A stretch of DNA of 40,184 nucleotides from a virus (Duplodnaviria; Caudoviricetes): the IMG/VR virus record IMGVR_UViG_3300037465_000404, positions 1-40,184 of that record. One strand, 5' to 3'. Under the pieces are notes generated by a model. The model worked only from the letters and a program-made list of their open reading frames with translations. It did not search any database and was not told the DNA's origin. Below, piece after piece: positions 27,646 through 35,668 of the stretch (positions are counted from its first letter, which is position 1; the number at the start of each line of letters is the position of its first letter). Made by a program: the position numbers and the translations under genes.

Positions 27646-28400
27646 TACCCCACATACAACACCCCCTCCACAAGCGCGGAATACTGCACGATGGGGACCG
27701 GGACAATATGGATCAGCCCGTTGGGACGGAGATATCCCACCCCAAACCCCAGCACATAATCCCGCCGGGACTTCATCCGGTGGCGGTAGTCGATCTTGAG
27801 CACGTCCCCGAGCCACCCAAATGAGGCGCCCACATGGGGAATCCCCTTGGCGTTGCTGCGCACCACGAAGTCCATCAGGTGATTATGCCCGATCACCACG
27901 TTGTCCTGGTAGTCCACAAGGGACAGCCGTGTGGACTGCTCGCCAGCACGTCCCACGTCGTGCGTAGCATAGAGTTTTCCGAGGTGGATGTCCTCCATGT
28001 ACGGCACATACTCCCACTTCCCGGCTGTAAAGAGCGTGGCCCAGGCCCGCTCCATAAACTCGTACACCTCGGGCATCTTGTCCGCGGTGGCCTTGAGGAG
28101 CCGCGCTTCGTGGTTGCCCTCCAGGAAAATCCGCCGCTTGAACGGAAAGGCCTCGAACCGCCGCAGCAGTCGAACGCCGACCTCCAACTCCGCCTGTAAC
28201 CCCCGAAGCCGCTTGGGATTCTTGGTAAACCGGGACACCGCATAGTTATCAAACCAATCCCCGAGGATGACCAGGACATCCGGTTTCCACCCGGGCATCA
28301 CCCGCTCAATGATCAACCCCTCCACCGCCCGGGCATCATGGTAGGGCGTGTGGGTGTCGGGAAGAAAGAGAATCTTGGTCAGGCGGTGGTGGGCACCCAT
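27645..28400 (-). CDS. Calcineurin-like metallophosphoesterase
   Basis: PDTH, LGDWFD, EGNHE, THD, GHNH motifs. Confidence 0.9.
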   Translation of the reverse strand: MGAHHRLTKILFLPDTHTPYHDARAVEGLIIERVMPGWKPDVLVILGDWFDNYAVSRFTKNPKRLRGLQAELEVGVRLLRRFEAFPFKRRIFLEGNHEARLLKATADKMPEVYEFMERAWATLFTAGKWEYVPYMEDIHLGKLYATHDVGRAGEQSTRLSLVDYQDNVVIGHNHLMDFVVRSNAKGIPHVGASFGWLGDVLKIDYRHRMKSRRDYVLGFGVGYLRPNGLIHIVPVPIVQYSALVEGVLYVG

Positions 28401-29335
28401 GGCCGCTTCTTGGGGTCCCCCGGGTACCACACCGCGAACGTCGCGGGGATGCTCACCGGGCGCCCCTCAATGACCCACGAGCGTTGGACCAGCGCAGCCG
28501 CGGCGTGCCGAGTCGCCTCGGTGAACACCTCCTCGTGGAACGCCACGACAAAGGAGTCGTGTTGCTGGTACTTGAACTGGACCGCTCCCGGCCACTGCCG
28601 GTAGAACGCCAGGATGGTTCGGTTGAACATGCGCACACCCCCCGCTTGCATGGGGAAGTCATACGCCGCGCGCACCACGTCTTCTCCCTGTCCGTGGAAC
28701 ACCCGGCGCGCCCCGAGAAAGTCCCGCGCGTGGTGCGTCCGAAGGGCCAGGTCCCGCTGGCGCTGGCGCCAGTGGGCGAGGGCAGGATGGGCCAGAAGGA
28801 GCCGTTGGGCGGCGTGCTCCAATGTGGGTCCGGTGAAGCCCAGCGCTTTGGCCCCCGGGATGTGGATGGCGTTCTTGGGTTTCTTCCCGTAGTTGAGGCT
28901 GTAGAAGAATTGCTTGGCGAAGGTCCGCCGGGGGTCTTTCTTTCCCTGCCAGCCCAGCTCCGCGCGCCACGCGGCGTTGGTCGGGTGACGATGGGGGTCA
29001 CGGGGGTCCGGGGGGTAGGGGTACCCAAAGACATCACACGTGGTGAGGGTGTGCACGTCGTGGCCCTCTCGAAAGGCTCGTAAGAGGGGTTCGTCTCCAG
29101 CCGTCGCCGCGATGATCCGGAGCTCCTGGGTGTCCCAATCACCCATGAACCACGGCCACCCAGGGTCAGGGATAAAGACCTCCTCGAGGTGCGCAGGAAG
29201 TTGCCCGAGCGGGGGATCGGTGGTGGACCAACGATGATTGGCTTGGGCGTGCGTGGCGAAGCGGGGGTGCACGCGCTCGATGATGGCGCCCCGCGCCACG
29301 GTCTGTTCCAGTGCACGAAGGGTGTCACTGAGCAT
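28379..29335 (-). CDS. Family-A DNA polymerase, palm/fingers subunit
   Basis: Motif A DWDTQELR, DVH, motif B RTFAKQFFYSLNYG, PMQ, motif C QHDS. Own SD GAGGA. Confidence 0.9.
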   Translation of the reverse strand: MLSDTLRALEQTVARGAIIERVHPRFATHAQANHRWSTTDPPLGQLPAHLEEVFIPDPGWPWFMGDWDTQELRIIAATAGDEPLLRAFREGHDVHTLTTCDVFGYPYPPDPRDPHRHPTNAAWRAELGWQGKKDPRRTFAKQFFYSLNYGKKPKNAIHIPGAKALGFTGPTLEHAAQRLLLAHPALAHWRQRQRDLALRTHHARDFLGARRVFHGQGEDVVRAAYDFPMQAGGVRMFNRTILAFYRQWPGAVQFKYQQHDSFVVAFHEEVFTEATRHAAAALVQRSWVIEGRPVSIPATFAVWYPGDPKKRPWVPTTA

Positions 29336-30971
29336 CCGGGGTCCTCACAAGGGGGGCAAGGTAGTGGGTGACTTCCTGCAGCACCGCGGCATAGATCACC
29401 CGCGCTTCCAGCACGGGGTCCGCCCCCGCGTCGATCCGGCGCCTCGCCTGCTCCACAGACAGCCCGTCCTTGGCTTCGGCATCGGTGTCCGGTGGGGGGC
29501 CGAGTTTCCGCCGAAGCGCCGCGACGGCGTCGGTATCCACGCTCACCCGTCCGGTCGCCCGGTTGAGTTGCCGCGGAAGCCCCAGCACCTGGTAGAGGTA
29601 CGTCGCGAGTTGGCCGGTGCTCCCCACGGACCCCAGGTTGATCGGCCACCCCGCTGAGGCCCAGGCCATCGCGGTGGCCGTCTTGAGCACGCCCAGTTCG
29701 TACTCCAGCAACCCCGCCACTCGTTGGCGATTGACTCGGAGGCCACACTGCGTCGCGCGGGTGTGGATGGGTACCAGTGGCAACAACTCCTCGGTGTACA
29801 TCCGCCAGACGCCCTCGTCCCGGCGGCCTTCCGGCTCGAACACCTCGAAACAGTGGTAGGTTTCCACAACATCCCCTAGATTATACCGCAGCAGATCGTG
29901 CCCCGCGAGGTGTTTCAGTTTGGGGAGACACCCCGCGATGGAGGCCAAGTACTCCAGGTCGTGGGGTTGCTCGGAGTACAACGCACTGTGGAGGAGCATG
30001 AGGTCGTCGTAGTGGGTGTAGCCCTCCCAGGCAGGCCCCCCGGCACGCTGCAGAACCGGCACGTCTGCACCCGCGTTCTGGAAGAGCACGGGCGTTGCGG
30101 CAACAAGGGGGGTGTAGTACCGAGCGAGCCACCAGGCGACGTCCTGTGCCGAGAGCACCCGGCAATCCACCTGGACTCCCTGCCACACGCCGTCCACCCG
30201 TCCGCCTAGCCCAATGACGGTGAGCGGGTAGTCCCCCGGGACCGCGCGCTCGCTCCAGGTAAACTCGGTGTCCACCGCGACACGCGGAAGGGCCGTGAGG
30301 AGCGCGGCGACGCGTGGGCTGTCGAGCGGCTCCTCGTGAGGAACCTGCAGGAACGAGGGGACCGGGGTCGGCCAGGTGCCCGCGAGCAACGCCCGCAGTC
30401 GGCTCCAATCGGCTTCGGCCACGGGTTTCAGTGAGGGTGCCCGAAAGACGGCCGCGGTGTGCAGGGTAGCGTACACCCACCCGTGCCCCCGTGGGAGGGC
30501 ATACCCCCGCCACCGGGTGATCGGCAGCCCGGTGGTCCCTGTGGCGTAATCCCAGGCTTCCTGGCCGTGCGCAACGATCACGGTGGTCGAGGCGGGGATG
30601 CGGAGGTGTTGCGCGGTGCAGTGCGCCGTGGCGGTGTGCAGCACGGGTGCCGGGGGAAGGGCGTTGGTGTGCTGGTAGCGGCACTTCAGAACATTCGCAG
30701 TGCTCACCTGCTCACGCTGGAGTCCGGCACGGGGGAGGTAGTGATGCTCGAGCGCGTACCCCGTGGCCCCGATGAGGGGCTGGGGCGTGACGGGTTCGTA
30801 GACCTTATCCCGGCCGACGTACTGCACAAGCCGCCGCCCGTGTTCCTCGTCGGCCCCAGGGTTTTGCGCAAGGATGAGCACCTGCGCGCCCTCGACCCCC
30901 CGATCCGGGACAAACCCCTGACCGTCCCCATAGAGCGGACACCCCCGACACCCCGCTGGCTTGGGGATCAT
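29325..30971 (-). CDS. Uracil-DNA glycosylase (family-4-like) fused to 3'-5' exonuclease and PolA thumb
   Basis: CRGCPL, AQNPGADEE, LIGATG, NVLKCR, TLHTAA (UDG); VDTE, FQNAGAD, YNLGD (Exo I-III); GLRVN, INLGS..QL..YLY..LGLP (thumb). ATG 30971 overlaps the upstream TGA. Confidence 0.9.
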   Translation of the reverse strand: MIPKPAGCRGCPLYGDGQGFVPDRGVEGAQVLILAQNPGADEEHGRRLVQYVGRDKVYEPVTPQPLIGATGYALEHHYLPRAGLQREQVSTANVLKCRYQHTNALPPAPVLHTATAHCTAQHLRIPASTTVIVAHGQEAWDYATGTTGLPITRWRGYALPRGHGWVYATLHTAAVFRAPSLKPVAEADWSRLRALLAGTWPTPVPSFLQVPHEEPLDSPRVAALLTALPRVAVDTEFTWSERAVPGDYPLTVIGLGGRVDGVWQGVQVDCRVLSAQDVAWWLARYYTPLVAATPVLFQNAGADVPVLQRAGGPAWEGYTHYDDLMLLHSALYSEQPHDLEYLASIAGCLPKLKHLAGHDLLRYNLGDVVETYHCFEVFEPEGRRDEGVWRMYTEELLPLVPIHTRATQCGLRVNRQRVAGLLEYELGVLKTATAMAWASAGWPINLGSVGSTGQLATYLYQVLGLPRQLNRATGRVSVDTDAVAALRRKLGPPPDTDAEAKDGLSVEQARRRIDAGADPVLEARVIYAAVLQEVTHYLAPLVRTPDAQ

Positions 30972-31213
30972 GCGCTCCGCCGTGTGCGGAGCAAACGGGG
31001 GACATCCACCGGAATGGCTTCGACGTCCACACGGAACCGCACCCCGTCGGACTGGGTCACCAGCGTACCCGACGAGAGTTCCATCCGCCGTTTGGGGTAG
31101 CCTTTGGTCTCCCAGACCAGCCGCGCCCGCTGTTTCGCCGCACGGTCGGTGGTGAAGCAGCCATAGTCCACGGTTTCCCGTCCTAGGTCCTCGTACACTC
31201 GGTAGATGGTCAT
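30968..31213 (-). CDS. Hypothetical protein (81 aa)
   Basis: SD GGGGAG; ATGA overlaps at both ends. Confidence 0.65.
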   Translation of the reverse strand: MTIYRVYEDLGRETVDYGCFTTDRAAKQRARLVWETKGYPKRRMELSSGTLVTQSDGVRFRVDVEAIPVDVPRLLRTRRSA

Positions 31214-31371
31214 GATGCTCTCCCCTTCTCCTGACACGTCGTGACCGTGCGGCCTGCACGGTCATACGCCCGCCTGACCACTTCGCACGCCGCCCGGGTA
31301 CGGTACTCAAGGATGACGGCGGTGTCCCTCGAGGGGGACACCACCGCAAACCACCACACGAGGCTATTCAC
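31210..31371 (-). CDS. Small hypothetical protein (53 aa)
   Basis: GTG start overlapping the upstream gene end; F/YxTxxACE-like motif. Confidence 0.5.
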   Translation of the reverse strand: MNSLVWWFAVVSPSRDTAVILEYRTRAACEVVRRAYDRAGRTVTTCQEKGRAS

Positions 31372-31843
31372 CCCGATACACACCACGTAAGGTATTCCGA
31401 GCAGGGTAGTCATCGGTAGCCTTCTTCACGCCGATGTCATAAATCAGCGGGTGCTCCATTGCGTAGTGGAGCACCTCCACGAACGGGCGACCGTAGAGTT
31501 TGGTGGCCGCCACGAGGAATCCCCCGTTCTGGGAGGCCTCGACGGTGTAGGTCCCCCCGGTGCGCTCGGACGTGGCTTTCACCAACTTCCCGATGGTGTC
31601 GAAAAAGAAATGCTTCTCGCCCTGGTCGGTGTGCAGCACCACATGGCACCGCACGATTGTCTCTCCCTCTAAGGGGTGCCGTCCTGATTCGGTGTGGATA
31701 CGGGTGACTTTCGAATCCGGCTGGAGTTGTCCCGTCCAACGCCCTCGTGGGACCAGGTACCCCTCTGTGGCTTCCCGGGTTTCCTCGTGGGAGAAGGACC
31801 CTAACTCTACGTCGCTGAGTTGATCAAGCATCATGTCATCCAT
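31364..31843 (-). CDS. Probable ssDNA-binding protein (DUF669-like)
   Basis: SD AAGGAGG. LVPRGRW near the N-terminus and YPARN near the C-terminus; follows a Sak4-like ATPase. Confidence 0.55.
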   Translation of the reverse strand: MDDMMLDQLSDVELGSFSHEETREATEGYLVPRGRWTGQLQPDSKVTRIHTESGRHPLEGETIVRCHVVLHTDQGEKHFFFDTIGKLVKATSERTGGTYTVEASQNGGFLVAATKLYGRPFVEVLHYAMEHPLIYDIGVKKATDDYPARNTLRGVYRGE

Positions 31844-31871
31844 CGATTCCTCCTTGTTGTCGTTGGTGTCG

Positions 31872-32708
31872 TTACCGTAGACCAAGTTGTGACGCAAGTA
31901 ACTTATAATCTTGGGGAACGTAGGTCTTCACGCTTTTGGTCACGCGGATTGGGGCTTTTACGCCACACCCCCATACCTTCCCAAATGGGCGGGTCTGCCA
32001 GAGATACTCAGCCCCTTCCCCAACCCCTCGGGTGCACGCATACACGACCACGGCAAATTCTCCCATGATCTCCTTTGCCCCCTTCCCCGGAAGCTCTGGG
32101 AAGATATGCCGCTGGGTATCCCGGTCTTTCGCGTCGGGGTCGTCCTTTTCCCGACCATCCCAGACCGTGAACACTTTCTTCTTCACAGTGGCCGCCCGCA
32201 TGATCATCTGGAGATACCCCAGGAACCCCTTCCACGCCTCCCCATACAGTTTGGCGTCGAAGTCATAGGACCGCGCGGATTCCCCACCAGTCGCCACCGC
32301 CAGGAAGAGCGCGTGGAGTTTGTGCAGCCCGTCCCCCGCAAACACGTCGAAGGTCCCGTATTTGCCCGTGAGAATATCCGCCGTCACGTGCTTCACACTG
32401 TTCAATTCCGTTGTCCAGTCTACCCGCGTTGGATCAGTTATATCTGACCCTGCCCAGCACTGCACCCGGTCCCCCAGCGATGCCGCCGGGAACGAGGACA
32501 CCCCCTGTTCGCCAGGGTAGGCGATATACGCCATACGCTCTGCTCCCTCCCCGACGGTGATCACTCCATTCTTGGTGTCGACGCCCTCAAGGAAGGTCAC
32601 AAGGGACGTGGTCTTCCCACTGTTGGGCGGTCCCGAGATGAGCCAACAGTTTGCTCGGGTTTTCCAGACCGTCTCGCTCTCGTGTCCGTGTATCTCACAC
32701 AATGGCAT
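31872..32708 (-). CDS. AAA_24/Sak4-like ATPase (recombination)
   Basis: Walker A GPPNSGKT, FAGDGL, PELPGK; located between the exonuclease and SSB-like genes. Confidence 0.8.
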   Translation of the reverse strand: MPLCEIHGHESETVWKTRANCWLISGPPNSGKTTSLVTFLEGVDTKNGVITVGEGAERMAYIAYPGEQGVSSFPAASLGDRVQCWAGSDITDPTRVDWTTELNSVKHVTADILTGKYGTFDVFAGDGLHKLHALFLAVATGGESARSYDFDAKLYGEAWKGFLGYLQMIMRAATVKKKVFTVWDGREKDDPDAKDRDTQRHIFPELPGKGAKEIMGEFAVVVYACTRGVGEGAEYLWQTRPFGKVWGCGVKAPIRVTKSVKTYVPQDYKLLASQLGLR

Positions 32709-32722
32709 AGTGTACCCCTCTG

Positions 32723-32803
32723 TCACTTCTCCCGTAGGGTGACCCACAGAATATATCCGACAAGCCCCACAATCAGGACCATCGCGACGACACCCATTGA
32801 CAT
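32723..32803 (-). CDS. 26-aa single-pass membrane peptide (MSMGVVAMVLIVGLVGYILWVTLREK)
   Basis: SD GAGGA, clean TM helix, fills the intergenic gap. Confidence 0.6.
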   Translation of the reverse strand: MSMGVVAMVLIVGLVGYILWVTLREK

Positions 32804-32844
32804 TCGTCCTCACCCCCTTTTCCCGTGGTAGGCGACTCCACGTG

Positions 32845-33705
32845 TTATGATACCACACGACCCCAGCCAAGGAGGGGAAGGCGTGTGGGGTCTGCGCCAT
32901 ACTCCAAACACCATTCGTAGAGCGGGCACTTCCCATACGGGGTTTTGTGCGTATCGGCACCCCAGATTGGTACCGTCCCCGCGTGCATCGCCGCCATCAC
33001 CGCCCATTTCGCCCGCTGTCCCGTGAGCCAGGTGTCGAGTTCCTGGGGGGTACGAAGTCGCGGGGTTTCGTAGAGCTTGAACGGGTTGGCGACGACCAGT
33101 GTCGGAATGAAGGTCGTCGCACCCCACGCCCAGAGATAGTGATAGCCTTGGGGGTGATTGGTATAGTCCTCTAGCCGTTCGGAGGCATAGCGCGGCTGCA
33201 GCGCCATGGTAAATTTATAGTCACGGACGATACGCTCCCCCGTTGGGGTCTCGTACACGACGTCCGCTCGCGCATACCCTGCATGAGGGACACCCTGCTC
33301 CACCGCCAGGACCCGCCACGAGGACGGCGTCGAGTCCCCCGTAATGACCTTGGGGATCGTCGCAGCGAGCACCGCGCCCACGTCCCCGTAGTGGGCGAGT
33401 ACCTCGAAGGTCACCCCCCGGGCTTCCAGTACGGTGAGCTCCCGGGTGAATCGGTGCACCGCGGCCGTGACCGCGGCGTGGACCACATGGGGCATGGTGC
33501 GTGCGTAGGCCCAGCCCCGCACCCGCGCAGTCTTGTTATACACCGCAAGGCCCGTTGCCACCGCCGTCCCGAGCAGCGCCGCGATCAGCCGCCGATCCGC
33601 GGCTCCGGTCTTCTGCCACTTCTCAACCCGCGTCACCGCCCACAGCCGGGGACACTGTGACCAGTCTGCGGTTTGAGTTGGAGAGAATACCCGCTCCTGT
33701 TCCAT
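32845..33705 (-). CDS. PD-(D/E)XK nuclease, Cas4/RecB-like exonuclease
   Basis: SPT...CPR, GTAV, ADVV...DYK, QGYHY, C-terminal CPLYEWC; SD GAGGT. Confidence 0.85.
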   Translation of the reverse strand: MEQERVFSPTQTADWSQCPRLWAVTRVEKWQKTGAADRRLIAALLGTAVATGLAVYNKTARVRGWAYARTMPHVVHAAVTAAVHRFTRELTVLEARGVTFEVLAHYGDVGAVLAATIPKVITGDSTPSSWRVLAVEQGVPHAGYARADVVYETPTGERIVRDYKFTMALQPRYASERLEDYTNHPQGYHYLWAWGATTFIPTLVVANPFKLYETPRLRTPQELDTWLTGQRAKWAVMAAMHAGTVPIWGADTHKTPYGKCPLYEWCLEYGADPTRLPLLGWGRVVS

Positions 33706-33712
33706 ACCTCTA

Positions 33713-33747
33713 ATTGTACCACGGCAGTCCGCTCGACGTGGTACAAT
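33713..33747. promoter_or_regulatory. Back-to-back extended -10 motifs forming an 11-bp perfect inverted repeat
   Basis: ATTGTACCACG-N13-CGTGGTACAAT between divergent genes. Confidence 0.7.
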
Positions 33748-33755
33748 CCCCAGAG

Positions 33756-34460
33756 ATGCGCGTTGTCACTGGATACGCTTACACCCAACTGCCACGACCA
33801 GCGCTGACGTGGTTGGTTGATCGGTATGTCCCCCAGCCCTCGTTCATTCTCCTGCTTGGGGAAGCCAAGAGCGGGAAGTCCTTTCTCGCGCTCCAGCTGG
33901 CGTTGGCCGTCGCACAAGGCACCACGTTCCTCAAGCAACCCGCGCGACCTGCTCCCGTGTTATATCTTCAGGTCGACACCTCCGAGCTGGTGTGGCGAGA
34001 TCGACTGGTGACCCTGCACCAGTCGGGGTGCCCGATTACTGGTCCTCTGTACTTCCTTCACCCCGAGGATCAACCTGTCCGCCTTGATATTCTTGCACTC
34101 GATACCCAACGTCACCTTCGGCATGCCATTGCCCAAGTGAAACCTGGGTTGATCGTCGTGGACGTGCTCCGGGAACTTCACGGGAAACGGGAAGATTCCT
34201 CGGGGGATATGCAGGCCGTCGTCGCGGCGCTCAAGGTCCTCGCCGAGGGTGCCTCGCTGGTGGTCCTTCACCACACACCGAAACTCTCCAACCGGGAGCA
34301 GGTCCGGGTGATCGACCTGGCGCGGGGGTCAAGTTACCTTGTAGGTGCCGCGGATGCGGTGTGGTGCCTCCTCGAGGGTCACCTGCACATCGTCCCCCGG
34401 TTTGGGGAGCAAGAGGTGCTCACGCTCCACCGAGAACCCAATGGGTTGTGGTGTGTGTAA
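33756..34460 (+). CDS. AAA_25 / RepA-like SF4 helicase ATPase, no primase domain
   Basis: WLVD..P, GEAKSGKS, VLYL, LIVVDVL, LHHTPK, RGSS..VGAAD. Confidence 0.85.
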   Translation: MRVVTGYAYTQLPRPALTWLVDRYVPQPSFILLLGEAKSGKSFLALQLALAVAQGTTFLKQPARPAPVLYLQVDTSELVWRDRLVTLHQSGCPITGPLYFLHPEDQPVRLDILALDTQRHLRHAIAQVKPGLIVVDVLRELHGKREDSSGDMQAVVAALKVLAEGASLVVLHHTPKLSNREQVRVIDLARGSSYLVGAADAVWCLLEGHLHIVPRFGEQEVLTLHREPNGLWCV

Positions 34461-34487
34461 GCCCACACCCTCGTTCCCTCCCCCAGT

Positions 34488-34754
34488 TCACCCCGACCGG
34501 TTCTCCATCGTCTTTAGGTATCGATCAAGCAACCCCTGGACGACGTAGCAGACATACTTCCCGTTCGCGGTGCACTCCGCGACATTATGGGACACCCCGA
34601 CCGCATCGACCAGTCCCTGACACTCCTCGACGGTCAGGTGTTCGTGTAGCCACGTGTGCAGGCGATACGCCGGCACCCCGAGGAGGGTTGCGGTCGTGAG
34701 CGCCGAGAGCAGCCGTTGTTCCGCGGATGGCCTCGTCGAGTCGGTGGTGTTCAC
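34488..34754 (-). CDS. Hypothetical Cys/His protein (88 aa)
   Basis: SD GGAGGT and GTG start overlapping the upstream stop. Confidence 0.6.
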   Translation of the reverse strand: MNTTDSTRPSAEQRLLSALTTATLLGVPAYRLHTWLHEHLTVEECQGLVDAVGVSHNVAECTANGKYVCYVVQGLLDRYLKTMENRSG

Positions 34755-35095
34755 TCACGACCTCCATCGGTGATGAAATACGAATACCCCAGCGCCACGA
34801 GCATCGTCATCAGCAGTGCGCACCCGGTGCGCGACCGCTCCGAAAAGTGACACGCCTGATGATTCCCAAAGATCGTGAGGTAGGACGGAAGCCCAACCAC
34901 GATAAGCGCCTCGGCTTCTGCGGGAGTGAGTTCGCGCATGAGTGCCGGAACCGTCACCGGCACTCCTCGAAGACGCAATCGGGTTTCTGCCTGCAGCACC
35001 GGGGGAACGAGGGGCCGATCCTCGGGGAGAAAGCACGGCGTCCCCCGAGCCGCAACCCGTGCTCGCACCCTGTCTTGCCACGATGCGGTCGTCAT
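34751..35095 (-). CDS. Hypothetical protein, paralogue B
   Basis: SD AGGAGG. AETRLRLRGVPVT...HQACH...RTGC. Confidence 0.75.
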   Translation of the reverse strand: MTTASWQDRVRARVAARGTPCFLPEDRPLVPPVLQAETRLRLRGVPVTVPALMRELTPAEAEALIVVGLPSYLTIFGNHQACHFSERSRTGCALLMTMLVALGYSYFITDGGRE

Positions 35096-35355
35096 GGTGT
35101 CCCTCCTGTTGTATAGGTGTAGCCCAATCGGGTAAGAATCAGCATTAAGAGGGAGCACCCCGTCCGCGCGTGCTCGGAACGGTGACACGCGCGGTGACCC
35201 TCAGGGCGCGTGGAGAAGACGTGCTGTCCCGCCTCAATGACCGTGCGGGCTTCCTCGGGCGTCAACTCTCGGAGCAACGCGGGAATCGTCACGGGCACCC
35301 CTCGAAGACGCACCCGGGTTTCCGCCCACAGGACGGGTGTACAGGGATCAGTCAT
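35092..35355 (-). CDS. Hypothetical protein, paralogue A
   Basis: SD GGAGG. AETRVRLRGVPVT...HRACH...RTGC. Confidence 0.75.
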   Translation of the reverse strand: MTDPCTPVLWAETRVRLRGVPVTIPALLRELTPEEARTVIEAGQHVFSTRPEGHRACHRSEHARTGCSLLMLILTRLGYTYTTGGTP

Positions 35356-35647
35356 AGATTCCTCCCCCGACGCGTTCACACACCGCATCCCAACTCTCCC
35401 AGGTAATCAAGCGCGCCCGCACCCGCCGGTCCCGAAAGTGCCGGCGGATTTGGCCAAGCGCAATGAGGCAACACCAGGTCCATGGTGAGGACCGTGCCGG
35501 GTGATACGTATGGGACAACCGAAGGGCCTTTTCCACCGTCCAGCAGAAGACCTTATCGATGTCCTCATCATCGCCTCGAAGACGAGACGCAATGAACGCG
35601 CGAACGTCTGTCGCTCGCTGCTCAAGAAATTGGTAGATGGGTGACAT
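35348..35647 (-). CDS. Sigma-70/ECF region-2-only protein (99 aa)
   Basis: SD AAAGGAGG. VRAFIASRL..DEDIDKVF..TVEKA....TY.P.RS...TW...IA...IR.HFR fits ECF sigma region 2. No region-4 HTH. Confidence 0.65.
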   Translation of the reverse strand: MSPIYQFLEQRATDVRAFIASRLRGDDEDIDKVFCWTVEKALRLSHTYHPARSSPWTWCCLIALGQIRRHFRDRRVRARLITWESWDAVCERVGGGIYD

Positions 35648-35668
35648 TCATACCTCCTTTAGACCTCC

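Noticed and set aside
28379-30971. Polymerase pseudogene, intron or intein
   Set aside because: Catalytic residues are intact, the second gene has its own SD, and there is no intervening sequence. A one-base error remains testable.
30972-31349. N-terminal extension of the 674-aa ORF in the track
   Set aside because: It overlaps two coupled small genes. UDG homology starts at MIPKPAGCRGC (ATG 30971).
32709-32960. N-terminal extension of the Sak4-like ORF
   Set aside because: It overlaps the nuclease end and the TM peptide gene. ATG 32708 has an SD and a suitable distance to Walker A.
32845-33705. CRISPR-Cas system suggested by the Cas4-like nuclease
   Set aside because: No repeat-spacer array or other cas genes. 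The context (Sak4-like, SSB-like) is a standard phage recombination module.
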